Positions 10,765-20,260 of a stretch of 59,670 nucleotides of DNA are shown here, one piece after another. The notes below the pieces were generated by a model that did no database searches, was not told the origin of the DNA, and was given only the letters and a program-made list of their open reading frames with translations. A program made the translations under genes and the position numbers. The DNA comes from a bacterium (lineage in GTDB: Bacteria; Zixibacteria; MSB-5A5; GN15; FEB-12). Within the stretch, counting starts at the first letter, position 1. Each line of letters starts with the position of its first letter. The stretch is from NCBI GenBank assembly GCA_043811375.1, contig JBDRNJ010000040.1:1-59670 (forward strand). Reading direction: 5' to 3'.

Positions 10765-11808
10765 ATGTCAGAAAAAGCGGCTTTGTCGCCTCGGCGGCAT
10801 GGCCACCTCGAAGGATCGCAACCGATGCTGTCAATATCCGCCAGGGCGCGAACCGAAAAGCCGTTTATTCCCGTCTACCTCGATTCACTTCGAATTGACA
10901 CTGTCCTGGGCTTCGATCTCTATCTGAATGTGGAGCGCCATATGGTGCTCTATCGATCAGCCGACCTGCCCTTTACCGACCGTACCCGGCAGAAGCTGAT
11001 GGACAACAAGGTGGAGCGGTTGTATGTCTCCAGCCAGAATCGCGATGCCTACCAGCATTACATGGAGAATAATCTGGCTGTGGTCCTGAAGGACCCGGAA
11101 GTGCCGGACGAAAAGAAAGCCGGTATCCTCTACGAAACCTCAACCAACCTGGTCAAGGATGTTCTGGCCAACCCGACTTACGGGGAAAACGTGCGCCGCA
11201 CCCAGGACCTTATCAGCAACACGGTAGACTACATTCTCAGAGGGCGCGATGCCTTCCATAACCTGTTGAAAATCACCTCCTTTGACTACTATACTTACAC
11301 CCACTCCGTCAACGTCTGCACGTTTGCGGTGGCACTGGCGCGACAGGCAGGTTTTGACAACGAACAGTCGCTCAATGAACTGGGCGTGGGGGCACTGTTG
11401 CACGACGTCGGCAAGTCACGAGTTTCCGATCGTATCATAAACAAGCACTCCGGTCTGAACCCGATCGAGTTCGAGATCATGAAAAAGCACCCCAAACTGG
11501 GCGTGGACATGCTCCGGGAGACCGACCGGTTGGCGGCCAGGTCCTATTACCCTGTCCTGCAGCACCACGAACGTGGCAATGGTCAGGGATACCCCAACGG
11601 CCTGACGCTGGAGGAGATGCACATCTTCTCCCGGATGGTGGCCATCGCCGACACCTTCGATGCCATGACCACCAAACGGGTTTACCAGAAAGCGGTCGAA
11701 TCATTCCCGGCTCTGAAGATTATGTTCTCTATGCGGGGAGCGTACGACGAAGCTCTTATGCAGGCGTTCGTGGAACTGATGGGCCCCACCGGCCTGGCCG
11801 ACGTGTAG
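10765..11808 (+). CDS. HD-GYP domain c-di-GMP phosphodiesterase
   Basis: YTYTHSVNV, LHDVGK, HHER..G.GYP, IADTFDAMT. The true start may be downstream (MLSIS...). Confidence 0.92.
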   Translation: MSEKAALSPRRHGHLEGSQPMLSISARARTEKPFIPVYLDSLRIDTVLGFDLYLNVERHMVLYRSADLPFTDRTRQKLMDNKVERLYVSSQNRDAYQHYMENNLAVVLKDPEVPDEKKAGILYETSTNLVKDVLANPTYGENVRRTQDLISNTVDYILRGRDAFHNLLKITSFDYYTYTHSVNVCTFAVALARQAGFDNEQSLNELGVGALLHDVGKSRVSDRIINKHSGLNPIEFEIMKKHPKLGVDMLRETDRLAARSYYPVLQHHERGNGQGYPNGLTLEEMHIFSRMVAIADTFDAMTTKRVYQKAVESFPALKIMFSMRGAYDEALMQAFVELMGPTGLADV

Positions 11809-11973
11809 CGGCGGTTGCTTTCACACCCTTCCGCTCATTTCAACAGCAACATCTTCCTCTCGAGGCTGGGTGGCATCCTCAAACTTGTTTGAGGATGATT
11901 GAAGTATTCACTCCCAAACGAGTTTGGGAGTGCCACCCGCCCATCTGCCGCCCACATGCTGCGGCACAGACAA

Positions 11974-14397
11974 TCAGGCTTCGCCTTCGCCGCCTGCCTC
12001 ACCCTCACAAAACGCCCGGAGTATTTCCAGGTTGTGAATTACCCCGGCATACGACTCAGGGAATTCGTCTCTGGTGTAGACTTTGAGCGCTTCGTCGAAA
12101 GCCTGTCTTGCTCGGCGGCAGTTTTCTCTCTTGTCCTCAACCTCCGCCAGCGTTTGGTGGGCGTTCCCCAGGTTGTTCTGCGTATCGGCATGCTGCATCG
12201 GGAAATCATCATAGGTGTACACCCGCAACGCCTGCTCAAACGCTGCAATCGCCAGCCGACTGTTATCTGCTTTGTCCTCAACCACCGCCAGCGTCTGGTA
12301 GGCGGTTCCAAGGTTGTACTGCGTCATGGCATAGTCCATCGGGAAGTCGTCATAGGTGCGAACCCGAAGCGCCTGCTCATACGCCGCAATCGCTTTGCGG
12401 CAGTTGTCTACTTTTCCCTCAACCTCCGCCAGCGTCTGGTAGGCGGCTCCCAGGTTGTTCTGTGTCATGGCATACTGCATCGGGAAGTCGTCATAGGTGC
12501 AAACCCGCAGCGACTGCTCATACGCCGCAATTGCCAGCCGGCAGTTATCTGCCTTCTCCTCAACCTCCGCCAGCGTCTGGTAAGCGGTCCCCAGGTTGTT
12601 CTGCGTGGTGGCATAATGTATCGGGAAGTCATCATAGGTGAACACACGCAACGCCTTTTCAAACGCTACAATCGCCAGCCGGCAGTTATCTGCTTTCTCC
12701 TCAACCTCCGCCAGCACCCCGCAGGCGTTCCCCAGGTTGTTCTGCGTGGCGGCATACTCCATAGGGAAGTCGTCATAAGTGTATACCCGAAGCGCCTGCT
12801 CATACGCTGCAATCGCCAACCGACAGTTGTCCGCTTTGTCCTCGATGTCCGCCAGCATCGAGCAGGCGGCCCCCAGGTTGTTCTGCGTCCCGGCATACTG
12901 CATCGGGAAGTCGTCATAGGTGAACACCCTAAGCGCCTGCTCAAACGCTGCAATCGCCTTTTGGCAGTTATTGTCTTTGTTCTCAATCTCCGCCAGCGTC
13001 CAGTAGGCATTCCCCAGGTTATTCTGCGTTATGGCGTAACCTAAGGGGAAGTTATCATTGGTGTACACACGCAACGCCTGCTCATACGCCGCAATTGCCA
13101 GCAGGCAGTTATCAGCTTTGTCCTCGACATCCGCAAGTGTCCTGTAGGCGATCCCCAAGGCGTTCTGCGCCCGGGCGTACTTCTCCCGATTCTCCTTTAT
13201 AGTCCATACCTCCAGTGCACTTTTCAGAGCCGCTGTACCGACCTTTGAGAAAGCCGCTTTCTGAAGATCAACCTGCGCTATATCATCAGCTCGATTGGCG
13301 ATGCCATACAGCGCTTCCGGATCACCGGTGAAGATTCCCGTCATCTGTTGCAGGTTGTCCAACGGGGTGAACTGATCTTCAATAACCGTCTCAAGATAGG
13401 TTTCCTCGGTGCGCACTTCTTTGTCGCCGACTCTTTCCAGAAAATTCAGGCCTGCCAGACTGTCGATATACCGATGCCACTGATGCCCGGCTGCCTTTAA
13501 GTCTTCTCTCGCCTCACAGACCCGCTTGAGCCGCTTAAGCGAAAAGACCTGACGGCCGGTCCAGATACCGGCCAGGAACATCCGCCTCATGGAGCGCAGG
13601 ATGCACTGTAGCTCGGTAGACGCTTCCTTGAAACGCTCACGCATAGTGTCCAGCGGCACAAAGAGGGAGCCGATATTGCCGTCAAAAGCGTCAGGGACGC
13701 TCGCGTCCAATTTTTTGGCAGCGTCCTGTGCCTTCTCTTTGGTCATCGTACCGATTGCCACCGGCGCGCCGAATATCGGAAGTTCTTTCTCCAGCAACCG
13801 CCCTAGCCGCTCATATTCCGGGCCGGAACGGCAGGTGGCTACAATGATGACTTTACGTCGACTAAACTCCCGCCACAGGTGGTTGAAGTTCTGCTTACCG
13901 ACGAATTTGTCAATATCATCCAGCAACAGTACTTTAGGCCGCCAGAATGCCAACCGGAGCGGGAAGTGGAAATCGGGAAGGCTGATATCAACCAGGTTGG
14001 GGATAGTGACACTGCACTTTTTCCTGCGGCGCAGCGCCTCGTAAACGGCCCTGGTTTTGCCAGCCAGCGGATTGCCCACCACGATCAGATGCTGACCGGC
14101 GGCCAGTTTGCCGTCTATCAGGTCATCTTCAGGTCGCCGGTGATACTGAGGACGGAAGCCGTGCTCTTTTTTGCCACGCCAGTCCAGCACTTCCTCCGGC
14201 GTCAGGCGGGAGCCTTTTTTCCAGATGACATCGAAGTAAGCCCGCAGCTTGCGATTGCGGTTCCAGTTATAACTGAATAGTACGATGAGTATGGGAACAA
14301 AAATAGCTACTGCAATGCCAATGATAGTCAAAGCGGTCTGAACCATCTGGGATAGTAAATCCTCCACTGCCTGCCCTCCTGTTGCCATGTCCGGCAT
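11974..14397 (-). CDS. Membrane-anchored P-loop NTPase with C-terminal 47-aa TPR array
   Basis: N-terminal TM, Walker A GNPLAGKT, Walker B LLLDD, IVATCR, then repeated YA.TQNNLG.AY..LAEVE.KADNC.LAIAAYEQALRV.TYDDFP units. Confidence 0.85.
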   Translation of the reverse strand: MPDMATGGQAVEDLLSQMVQTALTIIGIAVAIFVPILIVLFSYNWNRNRKLRAYFDVIWKKGSRLTPEEVLDWRGKKEHGFRPQYHRRPEDDLIDGKLAAGQHLIVVGNPLAGKTRAVYEALRRRKKCSVTIPNLVDISLPDFHFPLRLAFWRPKVLLLDDIDKFVGKQNFNHLWREFSRRKVIIVATCRSGPEYERLGRLLEKELPIFGAPVAIGTMTKEKAQDAAKKLDASVPDAFDGNIGSLFVPLDTMRERFKEASTELQCILRSMRRMFLAGIWTGRQVFSLKRLKRVCEAREDLKAAGHQWHRYIDSLAGLNFLERVGDKEVRTEETYLETVIEDQFTPLDNLQQMTGIFTGDPEALYGIANRADDIAQVDLQKAAFSKVGTAALKSALEVWTIKENREKYARAQNALGIAYRTLADVEDKADNCLLAIAAYEQALRVYTNDNFPLGYAITQNNLGNAYWTLAEIENKDNNCQKAIAAFEQALRVFTYDDFPMQYAGTQNNLGAACSMLADIEDKADNCRLAIAAYEQALRVYTYDDFPMEYAATQNNLGNACGVLAEVEEKADNCRLAIVAFEKALRVFTYDDFPIHYATTQNNLGTAYQTLAEVEEKADNCRLAIAAYEQSLRVCTYDDFPMQYAMTQNNLGAAYQTLAEVEGKVDNCRKAIAAYEQALRVRTYDDFPMDYAMTQYNLGTAYQTLAVVEDKADNSRLAIAAFEQALRVYTYDDFPMQHADTQNNLGNAHQTLAEVEDKRENCRRARQAFDEALKVYTRDEFPESYAGVIHNLEILRAFCEGEAGGEGEA
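12050..13170. repeat. Intragenic tandem repeat, 141-bp period, about 8 units
   Basis: CCCAGGTTGTTCTG recurs every 141 bp (e.g. near 12449, 12590, 12731, 12872). Confidence 0.9.
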
Positions 14398-14556
14398 GGT
14401 TTAGACTGGCACAATAGCCACCTGTAGCCGGATAGTCAAGAACTCCGTAGGAAATAGGTGTTCGGGGGTTGTTTCAATTGAAGCAAAAAGGGGACTTGTC
14501 CCCTGGCTTCTCTTCATCGGTGTTAATATATTCCCACAAACAGATTCGGAGACACG

Positions 14557-14934
14557 ATGAAAGAGATAATCAAGACCGATGGCGCACCGGCGGCTATCGG
14601 ACCATACTCACAGGCCGTGCGATGCGGCAACATGCTGTTCTGCTCCGGCCAGATTCCGCTCGACCCCAAGACAGGTGAGACTGTCGGAATAACCGCCGCT
14701 GAACAGGCGCGGCAGGTGCTGGATAATCTGAGCGCCGTCATCAGGCAGGCCGGCGGCAGTATGGCCAACGTGGTCAAGACAACCCTGTTCCTGGCTGACA
14801 TGGACGATTTCGCTGCTGTCAACGAAGTCTACGGAAGTTATTTCGATCAGGAACCGCCGGCAAGATCGACAGTCGAAGTGGCGCGGCTGCCCAAAGATGT
14901 CAAGGTGAAGATCGACGCTATCGCGGTACTGTGA
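14557..14934 (+). CDS. ridA: RidA/YjgF enamine-imine deaminase
   Basis: APAAIGPYSQA, SGQIPLDP, VVKTT.FL, PARSTVEV.RLPK. Confidence 0.92.
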   Translation: MKEIIKTDGAPAAIGPYSQAVRCGNMLFCSGQIPLDPKTGETVGITAAEQARQVLDNLSAVIRQAGGSMANVVKTTLFLADMDDFAAVNEVYGSYFDQEPPARSTVEVARLPKDVKVKIDAIAVL

Positions 14935-14985
14935 CTGCTGTGGGCGGCAAGTCTCAACCCCAAGTAGGCTTGATCTATTACTGAC

Positions 14986-15022
14986 GCTGGCGGGTTCGAA
15001 GACGGACCCGCCCTACTGGCTG
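14986..15022 (-). repeat. GTAG-type REP palindrome
   Basis: Exact 37-bp reverse complement of 42075-42111: CAGCCAGTAGGGCGGGTCCGTCTTCGAACCCGCCAGC. Confidence 0.85.
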
Positions 15023-15223
15023 TCTGCCCGCCGGGTGATGTTGCCGTCAGCCCCGACGGACAAGATAGGCCACAATCGGCAGCGGACCGGCGTAAACCTG
15101 AGGGGCAGATAATCCGGTTTCGGTAGGTTTGCGGCAGCCAAATACTCCTTGAGATAAAACACCTTAGGCACCCAAAAAACCCTTGACAATAGCACCCGAG
15201 GCCGTTTCTTGAGCCTTCAAACT

Positions 15224-15241
15224 TTGTGAAAACAGTCACAT
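15224..15241. promoter_or_regulatory. Rex/CRP-like palindromic operator upstream of nuoA
   Basis: TTGTGAAAACAGTCACAT (TGTGA-N6-TCACA), downstream of TTGACA at 15183-15188. Confidence 0.65.
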
Positions 15242-15266
15242 GGTGTGATTGGCTGAGGACGATTGG

Positions 15267-15629
15267 TTGACGAACGTGGCTGAGTATCTGTCAATCCTGC
15301 TTTTCATCGTGGCCGGGACCGGTATCGTCCTGATAACGTTCTTTATTGCCCGGTTGATTCGCCCCCATAATCCCTATCCCGAGAAAAACGTCAATTACGA
15401 GTGCGCCGAACTTCCGATCGGCAGTTCCTGGATTAAGTTCAACAACCGCTTCTATATCTTCGCGTTGATTTTTGTAATTTTCGATGTTGAGGTAATCTTC
15501 CTGTTTCCCTGGGCGGTGGCATTCGGCCATCTGGGTTTGTTTGCGCTGGTGGAGATGGTGATTTTTATCCTGATTCTCTTTTTCGGCCTGTTTTACGCCT
15601 GGCGAAAAGGGGCGCTTAAGTGGGTCTGA
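15267..15629 (+). CDS. nuoA: Complex I subunit A
   Basis: [26 protein letters not shown]. Start uncertain (15249/15267/15276). Confidence 0.93.
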   Translation: MTNVAEYLSILLFIVAGTGIVLITFFIARLIRPHNPYPEKNVNYECAELPIGSSWIKFNNRFYIFALIFVIFDVEVIFLFPWAVAFGHLGLFALVEMVIFILILFFGLFYAWRKGALKWV

Positions 15630-16132
15630 TCAAGAAAGTCCCATTCTATACAGAGAAAATACCCGGCGGCGGCCTGATACTGACCTCGCTGGAGACGATA
15701 CTGCACCAGGCGCAGGCGAAATCACTGTGGTATCTGTTGTTTGGAACGGCCTGCTGCGCTATCGAGTTGATGTGCACCGGGGCGTCGCGTTATGACTTCG
15801 ACCGCTTAGGGATGATTTTCCGCCCGACACCGCGCCAGGCTGATCTTCTAATCGCGGCCGGCACTATTACCAAGAAGATGGCGCCCCGACTGCGACGGCT
15901 GTACGACCAGATGGCCGAACCGCGTTACGTGATTGCAATGGGCGGTTGTACCGTCCGGGGCGGCCCGTTCTACTATGACAGTTATTCCGTTGAAAAAGGG
16001 ATCGACCACATTATCCCGGTAGATATCTATATTCCCGGCTGTCCCCCGCGACCGGAGTCGTTGCTGGAGGGATGTATACACCTGCAGGAAAAGATCAAGA
16101 AGCAGCGACTTCTCGACTGGCAGGAGAAATAG
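15620..16132 (+). CDS. nuoB: Complex I subunit B
   Basis: [24 protein letters not shown]. Confidence 0.95.
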   Translation: MGLIKKVPFYTEKIPGGGLILTSLETILHQAQAKSLWYLLFGTACCAIELMCTGASRYDFDRLGMIFRPTPRQADLLIAAGTITKKMAPRLRRLYDQMAEPRYVIAMGGCTVRGGPFYYDSYSVEKGIDHIIPVDIYIPGCPPRPESLLEGCIHLQEKIKKQRLLDWQEK

Positions 16133-16133
16133 G

Positions 16134-16607
16134 ATGACGCGGGAAGAACTGGCCAGATACGTGACCGACAACTTCGACGGCAGGTTCAAACCGCTCGATA
16201 CCGGCCGTTACGACCCGCTGTTTGAAGTGGCGGCGGGTGATCTTCTCGAAGCCGCCCGCGCTCTCAAAGACGACGACAACCTCAGGTTTGACTACCTGTG
16301 CAACCTGGGCGGTGTCGACACCGGGGAGCATTTCGAGGTAGTGTATAATGTGGCCTCGATGACGAAAAACCTGCGGCTTGATTTCAAAGTCATCCTACCG
16401 TACGAGGGAGCCGAGATAGAGTCGGTGCAGGCGGTCTGGCCGGCTGCCAACTGGTACGAGCGCGAAGTGTGGGAACTGTACGGAATCAACGTGCATAACC
16501 ACGACAACCTCACGCGTTTCCTGCTGCCCGATGACTGGGACCAGGGGCATCCCATGCGCAAGGACTGGGACGCACCTGATTTTGTGCGTATGCCGGAGGA
16601 CCCGTAA
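16134..16607 (+). CDS. nuoC: Complex I subunit C
   Basis: ANWYEREVWELYGI, GHPMRKD. Confidence 0.93.
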   Translation: MTREELARYVTDNFDGRFKPLDTGRYDPLFEVAAGDLLEAARALKDDDNLRFDYLCNLGGVDTGEHFEVVYNVASMTKNLRLDFKVILPYEGAEIESVQAVWPAANWYEREVWELYGINVHNHDNLTRFLLPDDWDQGHPMRKDWDAPDFVRMPEDP

Positions 16608-17716
16608 TGGCCGAGTTGCGCACCGATGAATTCCAGGTCAATATGGGGCCACACCATCCGTCGACACACGGCGTCTGCCGCCTGCTGCTGACGATGGATG
16701 GCGAGAAGGTCATCAAGATTGAGCCATACATCGGTTACCTGCATCGAGCGCTGGAGAAAATCTGCGAGAACCGAACCTACGCGCAGTGCATCCCCGTTAT
16801 TGACCGGTTCGAGTATGTTACCGCCATGTCGTGCAACTATGTTTTTTCGCTGGCTGCGGAGCGTCTGGCCGGGATAGAAGTCCCCGAACGGGCCGAATAC
16901 CTGCGCGTTATCATGCTGGAGCTGAACCGGATCGCGTCGCATTTGTTGTTTTATGGCGTGACGGCCATGGATTTGGGAGCTTTAACTCCTTTCCTCTATG
17001 GTCTGCGCGAACGCGAACTGATCATGGACCTCTTTGAAATGACCTGCGGCCAGAGGCTGACCTATAACTACATTCGAGTCGGTGGTGTTTCGCGTGACAT
17101 TCCCAAAGAGTTTACGCCCAAGTGCCGTGAAGCGCTTAAGATAATCGGGGAAAAGCTTTCGGATTACACCGGCCTGCTCAACGAAAACCCGATCTGGCTG
17201 GAGCGAACTAAAGGTATCGCGGTGCTGCCGGCCGACCTGGCCATCGCCTACGGCGTTTCGGGTCCGGTGCTGCGGGCTTCGGGAGTTAAGTACGACCTTC
17301 GCCGTAACGACCCGTACTGCATCTACGATCGCTTCGACTTTGAGATACCCGTCAGACACAACGGTGACTGTTTCGACCGGTACATGCTGCGCATCGACGA
17401 AATTCAGCAGTCGATCAGGATCGTCACGCAGGCGCTGGACGGGTTGCCGGAGGGTGAAATCAGGCTCAAGAAGGTAAAGGATGCCACGTTCAAGCCGCCG
17501 GCCGGTGAGGCTTACGCTCGCATCGAAAATTCTCGCGGTGAACTGGGTGTCTACCTGGTCTCCGACGGCACCAAGAAGCCGTTGCGGGTGAAAATGCGGG
17601 GCGGCTCCTACAGTCAGTTGCAGGCGTTACCGCACTTTGGTACCGACATGCTGATCGCCGACCTGGTGGCCAATTTCGCCACCCTGGATATCATCATGCC
17701 GGAGGTTGACCGATGA
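16607..17716 (+). CDS. nuoD: Complex I subunit D
   Basis: NMGPHHPSTHGV, GYLHR, ELNRIASHL, C-terminal EVDR. No NiFe CxxC ligands. Confidence 0.95.
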   Translation: MAELRTDEFQVNMGPHHPSTHGVCRLLLTMDGEKVIKIEPYIGYLHRALEKICENRTYAQCIPVIDRFEYVTAMSCNYVFSLAAERLAGIEVPERAEYLRVIMLELNRIASHLLFYGVTAMDLGALTPFLYGLRERELIMDLFEMTCGQRLTYNYIRVGGVSRDIPKEFTPKCREALKIIGEKLSDYTGLLNENPIWLERTKGIAVLPADLAIAYGVSGPVLRASGVKYDLRRNDPYCIYDRFDFEIPVRHNGDCFDRYMLRIDEIQQSIRIVTQALDGLPEGEIRLKKVKDATFKPPAGEAYARIENSRGELGVYLVSDGTKKPLRVKMRGGSYSQLQALPHFGTDMLIADLVANFATLDIIMPEVDR

Positions 17717-18783
17717 ACGGCGTGACGACAGCAACTCTGGAGCTATACCCGGTCTTCAAGTGGCTGGGCGAGAGACTGGAGAGTGTCGGGCTGCCGGCAA
17801 GCTGGATTGCACCCATCAGTTACGGCGCATTAGGCGTCATGGTGTTTGGTGTCCTTTCGCTGATTGCCCTCTACCTGGTTTGGTGGGAGCGCAAAATCGC
17901 CGCCCATATGCAGCAGCGTTTCGGGCCGATGCGTCACGGCTGGCACGGCTGGTACCAGACTGTTGTGGACGCCGTCAAGCTGTTGCAAAAAGAGGATGTT
18001 CGAGTAGCCACGCGTGACAAACCGGTCTTCTTCTGGGCGCCGGTACTGTGCTTCGTGGCAGCATTTCTGGCCTACGTGGTGATGCCGTTCGGTGATCGCC
18101 TGATCGTGGCCGATCTGAATATCGGCATCCTGTATGTCATGGCCGTCACTACCTTCACGATAATTTCGCTGCTGATGGCTGGTTGGGGCTCCAACAACAA
18201 GTACGCCCTGCTGGGCGGTATGCGTTCGGCGGCCCAGGTGGTCAGTTATGAAGTGCCGATGGTCGCCTCGGTGTTAACGATTATTATTTTCGTCGGTTCG
18301 CTGTCGATGGTGGATATCGTCGAGTCCCAGTCCGGGCTGGTGTTTAACTGGTATATATTCAGGGTGCCGTTTGGCCCCCTGGCTTTTATTACCTATCTCA
18401 TCGCCGGCGTGGCCGAGTGCAACCGCACGCCGTTTGACATTCCCGAAGCGGAACAGGAACTGGTATCCGGTTACAATGTTGAGTATTCCGGGATGAAGTT
18501 CGCCATGTTCTTTCTGGCGGAGTTTATCAATATGTTTACCGTGTCGGCGATTGCGGTAACGCTGTTTTTTGGCGGATGGAACGGCTGGGACTTTATTCCC
18601 TCGTGGCTGTGGTTCTTGGGCAAGACATTGTTGATGGTACTGGTGCTGATGCTGTTTCGCTGGACCTATCCGCGCCTGCGGGTGGATCAACTGATGGAGT
18701 TCGCCTGGAAATTCCTGGTGCCGCTGACGTTTGCCAACCTCATTGTCGCCGGGATATTCAAATACCTTGGATGGTACTGGTAG
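17713..18783 (+). CDS. nuoH: Complex I subunit H
   Basis: ERKIAAHMQQR.GP, SNNKYALLGG.R, NRTPFDIPEAEQEL, PRLRVDQL. Confidence 0.95.
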   Translation: MNGVTTATLELYPVFKWLGERLESVGLPASWIAPISYGALGVMVFGVLSLIALYLVWWERKIAAHMQQRFGPMRHGWHGWYQTVVDAVKLLQKEDVRVATRDKPVFFWAPVLCFVAAFLAYVVMPFGDRLIVADLNIGILYVMAVTTFTIISLLMAGWGSNNKYALLGGMRSAAQVVSYEVPMVASVLTIIIFVGSLSMVDIVESQSGLVFNWYIFRVPFGPLAFITYLIAGVAECNRTPFDIPEAEQELVSGYNVEYSGMKFAMFFLAEFINMFTVSAIAVTLFFGGWNGWDFIPSWLWFLGKTLLMVLVLMLFRWTYPRLRVDQLMEFAWKFLVPLTFANLIVAGIFKYLGWYW

Positions 18784-18788
18784 GCTGA

Positions 18789-19439
18789 GTGATGAAGCTC
18801 ATTAAAGATATCAAGGCGCTGGTGACCGGCCTCGGAATTACCGGCAAACACCTGGGCCGACATGCCATCACGATCCAGTACCCGGAAGAGCGCTGGCCGA
18901 TGCCGGAACGCTCGCGCGGGATCGTGGTGCTGCTGTCGGACAAGGAAACCGGCCAACTCAACTGCACCGGCTGCCTGCTGTGCGAGAAAGCCTGCCCGAC
19001 TGCGGCTATACGGATCGAGGCTCCCCGTGACGAGAAAAAGAAGCGGCATCTCAAGAGCTTCGTGGTCGATCACGGGTTGTGCTGTTTCTGTGGTTTGTGC
19101 GAGGAAGCCTGCAACTTCGCGGCACTCAAGATGGCCACCAAGTACGAGTTCTCGACGGAGAACAAGGACGACCTGATCTGGGACATGAAAAAACTGCAGG
19201 AAGTTGGACTGGACGTACCGTACACGCCCAAACCGAAGAAGAAACCGGTCGCCAAACCGACGGCGCCCAAACCGCCGGAAGCTGAAAAGGACCAGACCGA
19301 AAATTCTTCCGACGACGACAAGCCCAAAGAAATACCATCAACCGAACAGAAACCACCGGAGTCGACCGGACCGATGCCTGCTGCTGACGAGAACGCTGCA
19401 TCTCCGGCTGAGCCCGAGGACAAGGAAGGACAGTCCTGA
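18789..19439 (+). CDS. nuoI: Complex I subunit I with Pro/Lys/acidic C-terminal extension
   Basis: TIQYPE, two CxxCxxCxxxC motifs. Confidence 0.93.
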   Translation: MMKLIKDIKALVTGLGITGKHLGRHAITIQYPEERWPMPERSRGIVVLLSDKETGQLNCTGCLLCEKACPTAAIRIEAPRDEKKKRHLKSFVVDHGLCCFCGLCEEACNFAALKMATKYEFSTENKDDLIWDMKKLQEVGLDVPYTPKPKKKPVAKPTAPKPPEAEKDQTENSSDDDKPKEIPSTEQKPPESTGPMPAADENAASPAEPEDKEGQS

Positions 19440-19441
19440 TC

Positions 19442-19951
19442 ATGGATCAACCACAGGTCGGCATAGTCTTCTGGATCCTGTCGTGTGTGATACTGGTTTC
19501 GGCTTTCATGGTGGTCAGCCTGAGGAATATATTCCACTGCGCCTTGTTTTTAATCCTCTGCCTGTTCGGTGTGGCGGGGATATTCATTCTGCTGGGGGCG
19601 GAGTTCCTGGCGGCGGCCCAGGTGCTTATCTACATCGGCGCCGTATCGATTCTTATCATATTCGCCATCATGCTGACGAGCAACCTGGCCCGCAAGAAGA
19701 TTACGCAGTCCAATGAAAACTCGATGGTGGCCTTTTTCGTCTGTCTGATTCTTGCATTCACCACCGTGCTGCTGATCGGCAACACCCGCGTCTGGCGTCT
19801 GACCACAGAGGAAGCTCCCGGTACCGACAACGTCCTGGAACTCGGACGATACCTGATGACGGATTTCATGCTGCCCTTTGAAGTCGTTTCGGTACTGCTG
19901 CTGGCGGCCATGATCGGCGCCATCGTACTGGCCCGAAAGGAGCGGTCGTGA
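19442..19951 (+). CDS. nuoJ: Complex I subunit J
   Basis: AEFLAAAQVLIYIGAV, LPFEVVSVLLLAAMIGA. Confidence 0.94.
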   Translation: MDQPQVGIVFWILSCVILVSAFMVVSLRNIFHCALFLILCLFGVAGIFILLGAEFLAAAQVLIYIGAVSILIIFAIMLTSNLARKKITQSNENSMVAFFVCLILAFTTVLLIGNTRVWRLTTEEAPGTDNVLELGRYLMTDFMLPFEVVSVLLLAAMIGAIVLARKERS

Positions 19952-20250
19952 TGTTTCACTTCCTGGCGCTGGCGGCGATTCTGTTTGCGGTCGGATTGTT
20001 TGGGGTCCTGACGCGGCGCAACGTGATCGGTATCCTGATGTCGCTGGAGCTGATGTTTAACGCCGTTAATATCAACTTCGTGACATTCAACAAGTATATC
20101 ATTAGCGACGGTCTGACGGGGCAGATTTTTGCGATCTTCATTATCGTAGTGGCGGCGGCGGAAGCGACGGTGGGGCTGGCCATCGTGTTGCTGATTTACC
20201 GCAATTGGCGCGGTATTGACATCGACCATATTAACATCATGAAGTGGTAG
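19948..20250 (+). CDS. nuoK: Complex I subunit K
   Basis: LMSLELMFN, AAAEATVGLAI. Confidence 0.95.
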   Translation: MMFHFLALAAILFAVGLFGVLTRRNVIGILMSLELMFNAVNINFVTFNKYIISDGLTGQIFAIFIIVVAAAEATVGLAIVLLIYRNWRGIDIDHINIMKW

Positions 20251-20260
20251 AGCGAGTGCC

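Noticed and set aside
11899..13044. 381-aa repetitive plus-strand ORF
   Set aside because: Antisense reading of the 141-bp TPR repeats, where a stop-free unit is simply repeated.
12050..13170. CRISPR-like periodicity
   Set aside because: The repeats are in-frame coding units without unique spacers, and there are no cas genes.
14948..14961. 14-mer CAAGTCTCAACCCC repeated near 38910
   Set aside because: Too short, with no flanking similarity. It could be chance or REP debris.
15620..17716. Group 4 [NiFe]-hydrogenase interpretation of nuoB/C/D
   Set aside because: The large subunit lacks both CxxC Ni-binding motifs, and NuoB has the complex I CC motif.
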